Made by a program: the position numbers and the translations under genes | In this document: one piece after another, positions 1 through 11,795 of the stretch | Layout: each line of letters begins with the position of its first letter | Position numbering within the stretch: position 1 is the stretch's first letter | The notes under the pieces: model-generated | Database searches by the model: none | What the model was told of the DNA's origin: nothing | The model's input: only the letters and a program-made list of their open reading frames with translations | Assembly: GCF_001194135.2 (NCBI RefSeq) | Contig: NC_068982.1 | Span: forward strand, 50,344,496-50,408,495 | DNA from: Octopus bimaculoides | Lineage: Eukaryota | Direction: 5' to 3' | Length of the DNA: 64,000 nt

Positions 1-66
<66 letters not shown>
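1..66. repeat. (TG)n microsatellite
   Basis: Pure TG dinucleotide run at the window start. Confidence 0.98.
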
Positions 67-69
<3 letters not shown>

Positions 70-302
70 GGAGTCATAAGTGACAGACAGAAATATCACT
101 CAGGAAAGAAATTTCTAAATGTTAAGCAAATCGATTTCCTGAAAGAATTCAAAAGCTGTACAATATGCAAACGACTTAGTGAAAACTTTGTGTTGCATTG
201 TTTGACGAGAATTCTTCTATACTGCCCAATTAATCATTAAGTTATGGCAGCAGACAACGCCAAATGAAAGAATTTCTTGACAATAAGCTATACATTTTTT
301 AC

Positions 303-454
303 TTAAATGACTGGAATATTACAGAAGTTGAAGAAATAGATGAAGAATTTGCTAACCATATTGCTAGTGTCAGATATCATAAGCGAAGATTTAAACTTGT
401 TGACACACACCAAATATTTATGAACAGTTTGGATTTTAAAATTTTGGCATGTAC
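303..454 (-). CDS. possible exon of an unidentified minus-strand gene
   Basis: Minus-strand acceptor CTCACAG with a branch-point-like CACTAAC shortly upstream. One frame is open for about 50 codons (TCQNFKIQTVHKYLVCVNKFK...). No recognisable homology. Confidence 0.2.
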
Positions 455-587
455 CTGTGAGATTTACGTTAGTGGGGAGTGTATATGTAAAGATAGATTT
501 TAAGGCCGTGGAGTAATGTGGAAAAATAACATAAATTAGTTTCTGATAAAATAGTTGTCAAGATTTTAGCAATTCTACTACCAATAC

Positions 588-703
588 CAGACGCTTTTCA
601 TCAGTAGCTGATACATTTCTGTGCTTTTTAGCACTAACCGTCTAAATGAGAAGCTTTCGAAAGACAAATACTGCAGTTTTGTGGCCTTCGATAATATATC
701 CAC
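588..703 (-). CDS. possible exon of an unidentified minus-strand gene
   Basis: Acceptor TCTTACTTAAG|GTG; open frame VDILSKATKLQYLSFESFSFRRLVLKSTEMYQLLMKSVW; candidate donors GTTAGT and GTATTG. Reading frame not resolved. Confidence 0.2.
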
Positions 704-1712
704 CTTAAGTAAGATATATAGAATGTTTCTCTGAACCGATACTGCTTCTGCCGCTAATAACGAATTGAGGAAATTGTATTTTAGTGCCGTTTTGACCAAG
801 TTAATTCAAGTTAAGACTATATTTATATAAAGCTCATTTAGACATCCGTAAAGAAAATACACTGTTCTGTAAATTTGAAGCTAGAACCTTGATATGTCAA
901 TAGACTTATAATTTGAACCTCATTAATTCAGCTTGATGGAACCAGATACGTAATGGAGTTTCTGAACTAGAGAAGTTAGAGTAACAAATAGCAAAATAAT
1001 GCTTATATTGTGTTGTACAGTTGATATTGAAACAACTTACATAAATATTGTTTATTCTCATTTGACTTCTTTATTATAATGGGCAAGTCTTGCGACACAA
1101 GACTGTTAAGCTATTAGAAAAATGAAAACAGGCACATTGATACATATAAAACATTATGTAAAAATTATGAGCAAAAAGCAATTAATTTACCTTAGCTTTG
1201 AAAAAAATGTTTTGTTAATCCATTTACGAAATACTATAATGGTTCTATATACAATTAAAATTAAATTTCAGTATTATCTTATAATGGTTTGTTTTTCCTT
1301 CAGTTTTTGATAACTTTCGTAGCTTCAGAGTAAACAAAATATTCTGTATTCTCAGTCGTTTAATTTATACCATATTCTACGCATGCTTTGCTACATTACC
1401 ACCACTCGTACTAATATTTGTATCTGTATGTTTGTACCTGTGTCAAACACTGTAAATAAAGTTTGTCAGACATAACCAGCACAGAGTGCTGGTGGTTCAC
1501 AGCTAGTCAAACTACGGTCATACAAATTTATGACTGCCGAAGTTAAATAGTCGCCTCGAACCATCGAAGCTGCCGGACTCTTGAATCGAGTTTATTGAGA
1601 TTCAGCTGGTATATTCAATTTCACTTACTAAACATAAGCGATGATATAGCTACGGCAAGATAAGATATAAGACAGATCATTCATGAATACAACTTAAACC
1701 ATTGCAATGCAC

Positions 1713-1889
1713 CTGCAGTTGTAGCATCAAATCTCTACAAGAGAGCAGGGGTTCTCGGCTGTAACGTTTTTCGACGTTTTGTAGAAAATTATGATAATCA
1801 TTTAATTCTACGTGCTTTAGTTCATTTAGACGCCGGAAATAAGGTCCAGATTTTCGAAGAAAAGTTACTTGGCAATTCATACAACGAAA
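1713..1889 (-). CDS. possible 177-nt phase-0/0 exon (FRCMNCQVTFLRKSGPYFRRLNELKH...RDLMLQLQ)
   Basis: Flanked by pyrimidine-rich ...GCGATAG and CAG|GTGCAT; 59 open codons of protein-like composition. Product unknown. Confidence 0.25.
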
Positions 1890-2698
1890 CTATCGCGCCA
1901 AGAGAAATGCTAGAGAAATGCTATGTTTGATATAAAAGAGAATAACAGTCTGAGAGGTCTTATCCCTCTCTACCTTGTGTTAGCCTAAGAATGCACAGAT
2001 GGGGAACGAATGTAAAATGATTCAAGGGCTTTCACATGTCGACAATACAGAGTTCGGGTCTCAGAGCCATACTAAAGGGCTGATTCGCAGACAGCTATGT
2101 ATGAAGCTGAAGGCCCTGATTACAAAACATTATTATTTTATCCATCCAAATACAGAAGGAAGCAGTTTTAAATTTTTCACCCAAATGTTCTGAATCGAAG
2201 TTGTCGCTAAGGTACGGGAAGTTGAACATTACCGATGGGGAACTGCGCTAGAACTTTGTTTTCCTCATGCCTGCAAGACATCAAATTTGTAGTAGTTTCT
2301 CAACCTGTTAAAAAATTTTGAGGAAATAGGAAATTTCCTTAAATTACATCCCATTTTTTGTTTTTGTTTTTAAAAAAAGGAAGCATATATATTTCGCTAC
2401 TCGCTTTAAAATGATTACATGGTCACTCCTATGATCTAAGGTCTGCTCCATCACGGTGTTTGTGACCAAACAACAACGACATGAAAATCGAGGAGAGAAT
2501 TTTCAAACGGTTGCATTTCTGGGGAAGAAAGAATACATGAAAAACGTTTGGCGCGGTGTCTTGCGAGTAAAAGACATTAAGAAAGGCGAGAAGAGGAAAA
2601 ACGTGTGATTTCAAATAGGATTGGGTGAAGAGAGTTTGGAGTTTTCTAATTCAAGAGAGCAAAACACCGTTGTTGTAGCGGTAGTAGATGATATAAGG

Positions 2699-2853
2699 CA
2701 TGGATTCTCAACCGGGGTCCATATAAGATTTTGTTGTTAAAATTTATGAGCAATAAAATCGTTCACAATTGGAAGGCTGTGAGAGCCCAATAGAGTAAAA
2801 TAAGAATCAAAGCAATATATATATATATATATATATATAGTTGAGAACCACTG
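2699..2853. mobile_element. hAT-type MITE relic
   Basis: Ends CATGGATTCTCAAC ... GTTGAGAACCACTG form an imperfect TIR of the CAGTGGTTCTCAA type; internal (TA)n. No clean TSD. Confidence 0.5.
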
Positions 2854-3519
2854 GCGTAAAGAGTAAAACCAGTGCATCTATGATTGAGTTTTTGCTAATG
2901 CCACGTGACCACAAAAAGAGAGTATATCAGACTGAATCCTCACCGGCAAATTAATTAAACCTACCTTATCAACTAATGGGAGGATGTGAAATCGAAGTAG
3001 TTCTTGATTATATTTCAAGTGAAGTAACTTATCAAGAGATATCTCCAGACCATCATGCTGGTGCTATGATAGGAACTAATTAGGTAAAATTGGTGGTAAA
3101 GGTATTATTTACTATCAACAGCTGGCTCAAAAAAATGGCTACAGAATAATTACTTTTGTATGAATATGACATCTTTGCAAATTTTATACACAACACTCTT
3201 CGTAACTGGCAACAATTATGTTTCTAAATAAGAATCTGAATGCTTCTCTGTTTTAATACGTAAGGAATATGGAAAGAGAAAAACACTCCAGATTTTGTTC
3301 TCCGAGACAGTTAAAAAGACAAAAAATATAAATAAGAATAAATACTCAAAACAAGATCAGTTGCCCAGAAAATACAAATTCTACTTCGGTTATATAGCAA
3401 TTTGATAAATTTTATGAATATATACCAAGTTACCTCGAGAAACTATGGTCACACATGATAACATATATTTTGCCGAACTGCTAAGATACGGAGACGTAAA
3501 CATACCAATGCGCATGCGC

Positions 3520-3600
3520 GCGCACACACACACACACACACATACACACACACACACATACACACACACACATACACACACACATACACACACACATACA
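3520..3600. repeat. (CA)n/(CATA) compound microsatellite
   Basis: Directly visible, next to an assembly gap. Confidence 0.95.
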
Positions 3601-3618
3601 TGATACACGTCGTATATA

Positions 3619-4401
3619 NNNNNNNNNNNNNNNNNNNNNNNNNNNNNNNNNNNNNNNNNNNNNNNNNNNNNNNNNNNNNNNNNNNNNNNNNNNNNNNNNN
3701 NNNNNNNNNNNNNNNNNNNNNNNNNNNNNNNNNNNNNNNNNNNNNNNNNNNNNNNNNNNNNNNNNNNNNNNNNNNNNNNNNNNNNNNNNNNNNNNNNNNN
3801 NNNNNNNNNNNNNNNNNNNNNNNNNNNNNNNNNNNNNNNNNNNNNNNNNNNNNNNNNNNNNNNNNNNNNNNNNNNNNNNNNNNNNNNNNNNNNNNNNNNN
3901 NNNNNNNNNNNNNNNNNNNNNNNNNNNNNNNNNNNNNNNNNNNNNNNNNNNNNNNNNNNNNNNNNNNNNNNNNNNNNNNNNNNNNNNNNNNNNNNNNNNN
4001 NNNNNNNNNNNNNNNNNNNNNNNNNNNNNNNNNNNNNNNNNNNNNNNNNNNNNNNNNNNNNNNNNNNNNNNNNNNNNNNNNNNNNNNNNNNNNNNNNNNN
4101 NNNNNNNNNNNNNNNNNNNNNNNNNNNNNNNNNNNNNNNNNNNNNNNNNNNNNNNNNNNNNNNNNNNNNNNNNNNNNNNNNNNNNNNNNNNNNNNNNNNN
4201 NNNNNNNNNNNNNNNNNNNNNNNNNNNNNNNNNNNNNNNNNNNNNNNNNNNNNNNNNNNNNNNNNNNNNNNNNNNNNNNNNNNNNNNNNNNNNNNNNNNN
4301 NNNNNNNNNNNNNNNNNNNNNNNNNNNNNNNNNNNNNNNNNNNNNNNNNNNNNNNNNNNNNNNNNNNNNNNNNNNNNNNNNNNNNNNNNNNNNNNNNNNN
4401 N
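3619..4401. other. assembly gap (N run)
   Basis: N bases. Other gaps: 11945-12232, 16265-16274, 20452-20553, 45916-46248, 53019-53031, 57646-57811, 58274-59111. Confidence 1.
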
Positions 4402-4484
4402 AATTTATTTTGTCCGAGTTAATTATTAACTTAGAGAAAATAAATACATATAATAAAATATATATATATATATTATTTTATTCT

Positions 4485-4860
4485 TTTATTTGTTTCAGTC
4501 ATTTGACTGCGGCCATGCTGGAGCACCACCTTTAGTCGAACAAATCGACCCTAGGACTTATTCTCTGCAAGCCTAGTACTTATTCTTTCGGTCTCTATTG
4601 CAGAACCGCTGGGTTACGGGTACGTAAACACACCAGCATCGGTTGTCATGCGATGGTGGGTGGGGGACAAACATGGACACACATATACACACACAGACAC
4701 ACACACACACACACATATATACGACGGGCTTCTTTCAGTTTCCGTCTACCAAATCCACTCACAAGGTTTTGGTCGCCCCGACACTATAGTAGAAGACACG
4801 AACCCAAGGTGTCTCACGGTGGGACTGAACCCGGAACCATGTGGTTGGTAAGCAAGCTAC
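4485..4860 (-). mobile_element. tRNA-derived SINE family A (head GTGGCTGTGTGG...GGTTCAGTCC, internal CA/TA microsatellite, tail CAGTCAAATGACTGAAAC)
   Basis: Near-identical to 30100-30505 and many other copies in the window; CpGs retained. Confidence 0.85.
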
Positions 4861-5056
4861 TTTATTTCATAAATATTTGCCATAAAGGCATTACAAAGAG
4901 GGGACGAACAAGGACAGACAAACATAAAAGGGGTGAAGTAGCAGTATCGATTAAATATTTACAATTTTAAATATACAATAATAAACTACCCTATGTATGT
5001 ATGTATGTATGTATGTAGCTATTTTCAAGATCCATTAGAATACATACATACATACA

Positions 5057-5092
<36 letters not shown>

Positions 5093-6229
5093 CACGCATA
5101 CATACGACGGGCTTCTTTCGGTTTCTGTCTAACAAATACAATCACATGGTTTGTAAATTCAAACCAACAAAAGCATAAAAAATAGTTTTAAAACTTCGAA
5201 AGTTCTGCATACAACACAAATCATTACTGTTTTTTTTTTTTTTTCTAAGTACCGACGCAAGTATTTTTTTAGACCGATTCTTGATCCTCTTGAGCGAGCA
5301 TCGACGAAATTAAGAAGGATGAGAATATATATCTATAAAGACAGACAAGCTGAAAGCTGTAGAAGGAAATGGATACATACAAAGATAAGAGAAAATAGCA
5401 AAGCATAGATAGTGGGGCAGGCCGACAAAAAAGAAAAGAAAAACACATATACAAGCTGGTGGATGGATGGATACAGAAACAGGCGAAGTATTCGAAATAC
5501 AATGATGGATAAACTGTTGAAATTGGAAAGAATGAAACGACAGGCTGATAAGATGAAAAAGAAAAAAGAAAAAAACAAGGAGCGTAAAACTATAATTTAG
5601 GAATACATCGATCAACGGTGTAAAGAAATCTGAATTCGGTAAACATATCATTTACCATATGCTGGAAATTTCGATAAGAATTTAATTTTCTCGAAAGACT
5701 GTTGAGAAAGAAAGAGAGAGAGGGAGAGGGGGAGGGAGAGAGAGAGAAATACCAAGTTAATGCTATTCTGGAAAGTTGAGATAAAGAAAAGCAAAGTTGT
5801 TACTCGGTTCACAAACAGACTAAAATTAGAAAGGAGAGACTGAATGAAAATAAAGTGACGGTGAATGAGAGAGAGGAGAGAAAATGGAAGGATCTAGGTG
5901 TCTCTAGAAAGGAAAATAGAAGAAAAGAATGTGATGTGGAACACAAAACAGCTTAGATAAAATGGAAAAAACCTATCTTAGAATTAAGCGTAACCGCATG
6001 AAGAAAATAAAAGCCATGTCAAAATTTCATATTTAAAAAAAAAATTGTGAAGATTTCGTTATAACCAAGCGAGATACTATATGAGTAATAAATCATTACA
6101 TATAAGACACGAATAACAATATTTTATCTGCATGATTATTTTCAGGTTTTAATAATAGATACGGTTTGTAAAAAGGCCAAAGGCTGTATGATATAAAGAT
6201 GCTGACAAAAACAATTATCCAACACGTAG

Positions 6230-6435
6230 AACTGGTTTCAAATTTTGGCACAGAACCAGCAATTTCGGATGAGGGATAAATCGATTAGAAGCTCAACTGG
6301 TACTTATTTTATCGACCGCGAAAAGATGAAAGGTAAAGTCAACTTCGGCGCAATTTGAACTCAGAACATAAAGACGGACGAAATGCCGCTAGACATTTTG
6401 CCCGGTGTGATAACGATTTTGTCAGCTCACCGCCT
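6230..6435 (-). mobile_element. tRNA-derived SINE family B (GGCGGCGAGCTGGCAGAATCGTTAGC...GAGTTCAAATTCC...GCCTTTCATCCTTTCGGGGTCGATAAAATAAGTACCAG)
   Basis: Matches more than 12 other copies in the window. Confidence 0.8.
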
Positions 6436-7159
6436 TATCCAAAACGTAGAATTAATATATAGCTGCATTGTTTTAAACCACACCTTTTTGGATATGTGAC
6501 AGTTAAAATGAAAATCCTGAATAGGCTACAGGCCGTTTATACTTACTTGGTTAGGAGATTTGAATCACGGGATCGAATGAAATTGCAGTAAATATGAATG
6601 TATGATACCCGATGATCACTGTTGGAATAACTGCACTCAGTCAGGATTGACCAGGGGCTGCACAACAAAAACAATAGTTCATAAACACCGTTATTAATAA
6701 GCAACAAAACGAATGTTATTTAATCCTTCTTTTACGCAGACATAATGCATCCAGAACTACATTATCGAATATATCCTTTCTCCTTTAAGATAGCAGGATG
6801 TGATTTGTTAGAGATTTGGCTGCTATTTCCACTAGGTCAAGCGATCAGGTTTGAGAAATTTTTTGGTATCCAGCGCTTGTTTCAAATACATGAGAATCTG
6901 CGAGAGCACGTATGTGTTGAGAAAAATAGATATTTAATTTTACAATTCCAAATCTAATATTAAATTACTATTTTGGTCTTTAAACTAAAACCGCTTTCTG
7001 TTTTCTTTTCCTTTGTTTTTTTCATATAAATTATTGGAGTAGACGGCTTTAACTAAGAATCCGGGTGAGGAATCCACCACCCCTTAATGTGATATTCTTC
7101 ATATTTGTAATTCTCGATGCTGATTACTATTTTTATCGGTAATTTATGAGTTAACTAAC

Positions 7160-7330
7160 GAGGCGAGCTTGCAGAATCGTTAACACGCTGGTCAAAATAC
7201 TTAACTGCATTTCGTCCATTTTTACGTTCCGAGTTCAAATTCCTCCAAAGTCGACTTTGCCTTTTATTCTTTCTGGGTCGATAAATTGAGCACCAGATGA
7301 ACACTGGAGTCAATGTAACCAATTTATCAG
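7160..7330 (+). mobile_element. SINE family B
   Basis: GGCGAGCTTGCAGAATCGTTAAC...GAGTTCAAATTCC...GGGTCGATAAATTGAGCACCAG. Confidence 0.8.
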
Positions 7331-7594
7331 TCATCTAATCAACCATCCCACACTCTTATCGTAGGTGCAGGAACAATTTTTTTCTGCGGGATTCAAACCC
7401 AGGTCCGAAATTTTTTACAAACAAGGTCGATTTTTTTCAAACTTGATGTCAAAAGAAGCACTGATATAATGATCCTTTCTACTATAGGCAAAAGGCCTGA
7501 CATTTTTAGGGGTTAGGGGTAAGTCAATTATATCAGCTCCAATACTCAACTGGGTCATCGACCCCACCAAAAGGATGAAAGGCAAAGTTGACCT

Positions 7595-8443
7595 GGATCT
7601 ATTCCATCTCAGTCACAGACTTTTTAATTCATTTTTTGTTAACTAAACAGTTTGAAACTTCGAATACTGGTAGAATTTCTCACGTAGAACACGGTTTACT
7701 CTGGACGTTTTTTTTACAAAATTTCGTATTTTAGAAGTTATTTCGTGATAAAGTTGTCGTACATGGGTAATTTCAACCAATCAACGACGTGTATTCGGTT
7801 GAAGAAAGTCACAGCTGTTTGCGATAGCAATCGAACAGGAACAACTTCCGGGTCATTTCAACTAAATGTCATCACTCTGTTCTATTCGTATGGCGAGCGA
7901 AGACGATACCACCTTTATCCTTTCTTCTTTTCTAGTCAGCACCGTGCACTCTTTACTCTTTCCCTCCCTTCTACACTATAACTGGCAACCAGCGAGCGAA
8001 CTTGTCACTGCCACAACAATTACTGTATTTTCTGGTGTATAAGCCACTATTTGTTTTGTTTTACTTCATGTTTTGATAATGTTATTTTTAATCTAATAAA
8101 GACTTTTATATTGACGAAATGTGTTTGTTGTTGATTATAGTAAAATAAAATCATGACAATAACAATACAATCTCATAGTTGTAAAATAAGGCATTTTGAA
8201 ACTATATATACGTCAAAAACAAAAGAAGCTAGCTGCGGACTCGTTGCTCTATGGGTCTTTTAAACACCGACGTCGGGTAAACAAATAAATATATGTAAAT
8301 AATATTTCTTCCTCCTTGGTGTTGATTCTTCGATGGTTTTGATTCTTCGAACAGAGTGGTGACATTTAGTAAATTCAAACTGTTTAGTTAAAAAAAAAAA
8401 TAGTAATTAATTCAAAAAACTATGATTGAGATGGAATACATCC
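7595..8443. mobile_element. non-autonomous fold-back DNA transposon, GGAT[C/G]TATT termini
   Basis: TIR GGATCTATTCCATCTC / GAGATGGAATACATCC, extending imperfectly about 70 bp. Subterminal sequence is shared with the 36706-37271 element. TSD not intact. Confidence 0.65.
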
Positions 8444-8454
8444 AATACCTATTT

Positions 8455-8672
8455 TTTTACTGCCCACAAGGGGTTACACACAGAGGGGACAAACAAGCGG
8501 ATTAAGTCGATTATATCGACCCCAGTGCGTAACTGGTACTTATTTAATCGACCCCGAAAGGACGAAAGGCAAAGTCGACGTCGGCGGAATTTGAACTCAG
8601 AACGTAGTGGCAGACGAAATACCGCTAAGCATTTCGCCCGGCGTGCTAACGATTCTGCTAGCTAGCCGCCTT
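8455..8672 (-). mobile_element. SINE family B, CpG-rich copy
   Basis: Full head and tail; head-to-head with the 8713-8940 copy. Confidence 0.85.
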
Positions 8673-8712
8673 TACAAATATAATAATAATGATTATCATC
8701 ATATCTGCTTTT

Positions 8713-8940
8713 AAGGCGGCGAACTAGCTGAATCGTTAGCACGCTGGACAAAAATTCTTAGCGGCATTTTGTTCGTCTTTACGTTCCTAGTTCAAATTCG
8801 ATCCAAAAATTTGTGATTGAGATGGATTAGTTCCCCTTTCATCCTTTCGAGGTCGATAAAATAAGTACCAGCTGAACAGTGGGGTCGATGTAATCGACTC
8901 ATCCCACTTCCCCCAAGCTGCCCCTGTGATAAAAATTTGA
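8713..8940 (+). mobile_element. SINE family B
   Basis: AGGCGGCGAACTAGCTGAATCGTTAGCACGC... to GGGGTCGATGTAATCGAC. Confidence 0.85.
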
Positions 8941-9201
8941 AATAATTATTATCATATTTGTACATCGTTCAAATCAGATAAATCCAATAACAGAAAAGTA
9001 ATGTTTCAAATCCGTCCAAAAATGTTTGTTCGTTTTGGCGATGAAGTTTTTCAGGAGGATGTCCACAGTGTTTTCATTGATCCCAAGCGTTTTCATCGCT
9101 CTATCAAAATTTTGGGAGCTGCTCTCACATCTCTGCACCCCTTACACCTCCTGTTTCCGGTACGATGATTTTTATAGTTTCTTAAACGGTGCTCCACAAA
9201 G

Positions 9202-9325
9202 AGTATCAAGGTGCCCCGCGGTAGGTATCTAGATGCATCACAACGGGTATCTAGCTGCATCACCACGGGTATCTAGGTGTGTTACATTAGAAATCTAGAT
9301 GTACCGCAAGGGGTATCTAAGCGCA
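9202..9325. repeat. 22-bp minisatellite (GGTATCTAGATGCATCACCACG-like) x~6
   Basis: GTATCTAG-like core recurs at 9202, 9224, 9246, 9268, 9290 and 9312, an exact 22-bp period. Confidence 0.75.
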
Positions 9326-9489
9326 ACGCAGAACTTTTCAAAATATAATTAAACGCGCAGAAAATGCATGTTAATGCTTAAGTATCTCTTTTAACTTTTA
9401 TCTTTCACTTGTTCCAGTCACTGAACAGTGGGCATGCTGGGACACCATATTGAGAGGTAGGTACCTCGTAAAACATGTTACCAATAATT

Positions 9490-9610
9490 TCTTCTTTGCT
9501 ATAAAGGCGGCGGGTTAGCATAACCGTTAGCACGCCGGCCAAAAGGCAAATGGCATTTCGTTCGTCTTTATGTTCTGAGCTCAAATTCCGTTGAGGTCGA
9601 CTTTTTGAGT
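9490..9610 (-). mobile_element. SINE family B, partial
   Basis: Reverse-complement head ending AAAGGCGGCGGGTTAGC. Confidence 0.7.
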
Positions 9611-9724
9611 TCAAATTCTTCCGAGGTTGATTTTTTTTTTAATTTTGCCTTTCATACTTTCGAAGTCTATAAATTAAGCACTAGTTTTGTTGTTGTTGTG
9701 GTTGTGGTTTTTTTAAATTTTTAT

Positions 9725-9925
9725 AAAGGCGACGGGCTGGCAGAATCGTTAGCAAGCCGGGCAAAATACTTAGCAGTATTTCGACCGTCTTTGAGCTCAA
9801 ATTCCGCCGAGGTCGACTTTGCCTTTCATCCTTTAGGGGTCGATAAAATAAGTACCAGTTGAGTTTGTAATCGATTTATCCCTCCCCCAAAATTGTTGAT
9901 TTGTGCCAAAATTTGAAACCAATAA
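9725..9925 (+). mobile_element. SINE family B
   Basis: AAGGCGACGGGCTGGCAGAATCGTTAGC...GCCTTTCATCCTTTAGGGGTCGATAAAATAAGTACCAG. Confidence 0.85.
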
Positions 9926-10519
9926 TTCTGTTACACACAACTATAGTTAATAAAACAAACTTAGGAAAAGTTTTTTTTTTATAAAATATAAGGAACTTAC
10001 TAAACTTTAAGCTTTAAAACATTATTTAACCCAATACTTTCTATGCAAAGTGAGCTAGTAACTTTTAATTTGGCCTCGGTCTGTCACGAACTCAAAATTA
10101 CTAAGAATCGTTGCTTGATTTTTATTACTGGCTATGATACACATCAGTACCTTCCAACCTCCGCAAACATTCACACTTTCACTCCTTCCTTGTATGTACA
10201 TGACGTATAAAGAATTAAAACACTTGGATTGGTAGATCTAACACATCGCCAGGTTTAAATGCCATCAACTGGTTCTGGGATATATAGTTCAGTGTGTGGT
10301 AAGCAGTCATTGACCTGTAGATATTCGGATTATGCATTGTCTGTATCACTTTCACTAATCTAGGCTTGTAGAGATCATAAACACCAACCTTGATGCTGTT
10401 TTATTAGTCTATACAATCGGATGACCAGCAAATAGTCTGAATAAAGCTTCAGTTAATTCAATGGTCAGGGTGGTCTGAAAGTCTTGTCACAACCTGTAAA
10501 TATTGTTTTAATTTTCTAT

Positions 10520-10710
10520 TATCAAGGAGTTTCACAAGAGCGATACCAGAATACCCAACAGCTGAAGGACGCTGTTTTGGCAGCCTTTGCAACAATCACC
10601 AAAGCATAGCTTCATAAAATATCACACAGGACATGGCGCCTCATCATTTTGTACCACGAAAATGATGGTGTTCGTACACACCTTCTCGATGTGTGACAGT
10701 GTCAGCGTCA
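10520..10710 (+). pseudogene. Tc1/mariner-superfamily transposase C-terminal relic
   Basis: Decayed translation ...QLKDAVLAAFATITKA*LHKISHRTWRLIILYHENDG, resembling IS630/Tc1/mariner C-termini (by-eye similarity). Confidence 0.4.
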
Positions 10711-10827
10711 ACGAAAGTGAATAAACTGTTGTCTAAATTACGCAAAATGAAAATAACACTAACATCTCATTTTAACATATATTTACGAAAATTACATAAA
10801 AATATCGTGAAATTCTAAAGAGTAAAT

Positions 10828-11086
10828 TTATTCAATATAATCAACATTGGCTTCAGTCGCGGCCTCCAGACTACTTCGGAATCTGCTGCAACTCTTCTGG
10901 TCGGTTTCCTTGTTTAAGTTGGTGAATGCTGCTATTATCCTTGCCTTTAGTTCATCTTTGGTGTTACAAGGAGTTTTGGTGATCTCTCGCTCAACTGCGC
11001 CCCATACATAATAATCAAGGGGTTGCAGTCTGGGGAGTTAGCTGGCCAGATGTTAGGGGTGATGTGGTCGCAGAAATTGTCTGACT
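10828..11086 (-). pseudogene. Tc1/mariner (WPPNSPDLNPLD-type) transposase C-terminal relic
   Basis: SDNFCDHITPNIWPANSPDCNP[fs]LDYYVWGAVEREITKTPCNTKDELKARIIAAFTNLNKE...SRFRSSLEAATEANVDYIE*, with one frameshift. Confidence 0.85.
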
Positions 11087-11629
11087 AAGAAGGCGGTGCT
11101 CCAGCATGGCCACAGTCAAATGACTGAAACAAGTAAAAGAGTAAAAATAACAAAGAGTATGTATATATGTATATATGTATGCATATTACTTAGAGTAGTA
11201 TAGTTTGCATGAAACATTGTTTGATATGGACAGATGCTTTTAATATATTTTAAAGCCAAAACAATGCAAGTTATAATATATATTAGTCAAAGTTGATGAT
11301 TTGTACTTTTATTTGTATTTCAATATTTCGGGGTTAGGACTTCTTCTTCAGAAAATATTTGGGGAAATGATGTATATTGGTATTTAAAATATTTATGAAC
11401 AGACTTCTTCGTCTTATATTATTTCTCATAGCTTGCATTGTTTTGTCTTTAAAAAATATTAAATGCACACACACACACACATTTGCAAATTGTATACTAA
11501 TAAGAAACTGATTTAAATATGGAACAGTATAATATTAATACTGAACTCTATAAGTAATAGCATTGTGGACACAATGTTTGTACTCCTCAGATTTTATCAC
11601 TACTAACCGTCTTTTTTTTTTCTTATCTA

Positions 11630-11795
11630 GGAGCAGGTGTGGCTGTGTGATAAGAAGTTTGCTTCCCAACCACTTGGCTCCGAGTTCAGTCTCACTATGT
11701 GGCACCTTGGGCATGTGTCTTCTATTATATCCTCGTGCTGATCAAAGCTTTGTAAGTGGATTTGGTAGACGGAAACTGAAAGAAGCCTGTCGTAC
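11630..11795 (+). mobile_element. SINE family A, 5' half
   Basis: GGTGTGGCTGTGTGATAAGAAGTTTGCTTCCCAACCAC...GGCACCTTGGGCATGTGTCTT. Confidence 0.8.

Noticed and set aside
264-503. + strand ORF with ..LACTCEIY..CICK.. suggesting a SWIM zinc finger or MULE transposase
   Set aside because: The CxC..CxH motif is incomplete, there is no other transposase evidence, and minus-strand splice signals offer a competing explanation.
3600-4535. Long ORFs spanning N runs (also 11883-12356, 45797-46317, 57587-57886, 58095-59260)
   Set aside because: These are artefacts of translating assembly gaps.
9202-9325. Regular repeat array as CRISPR-like
   Set aside because: Contiguous tandem units with no unique spacers, in a eukaryotic context; an ordinary minisatellite.
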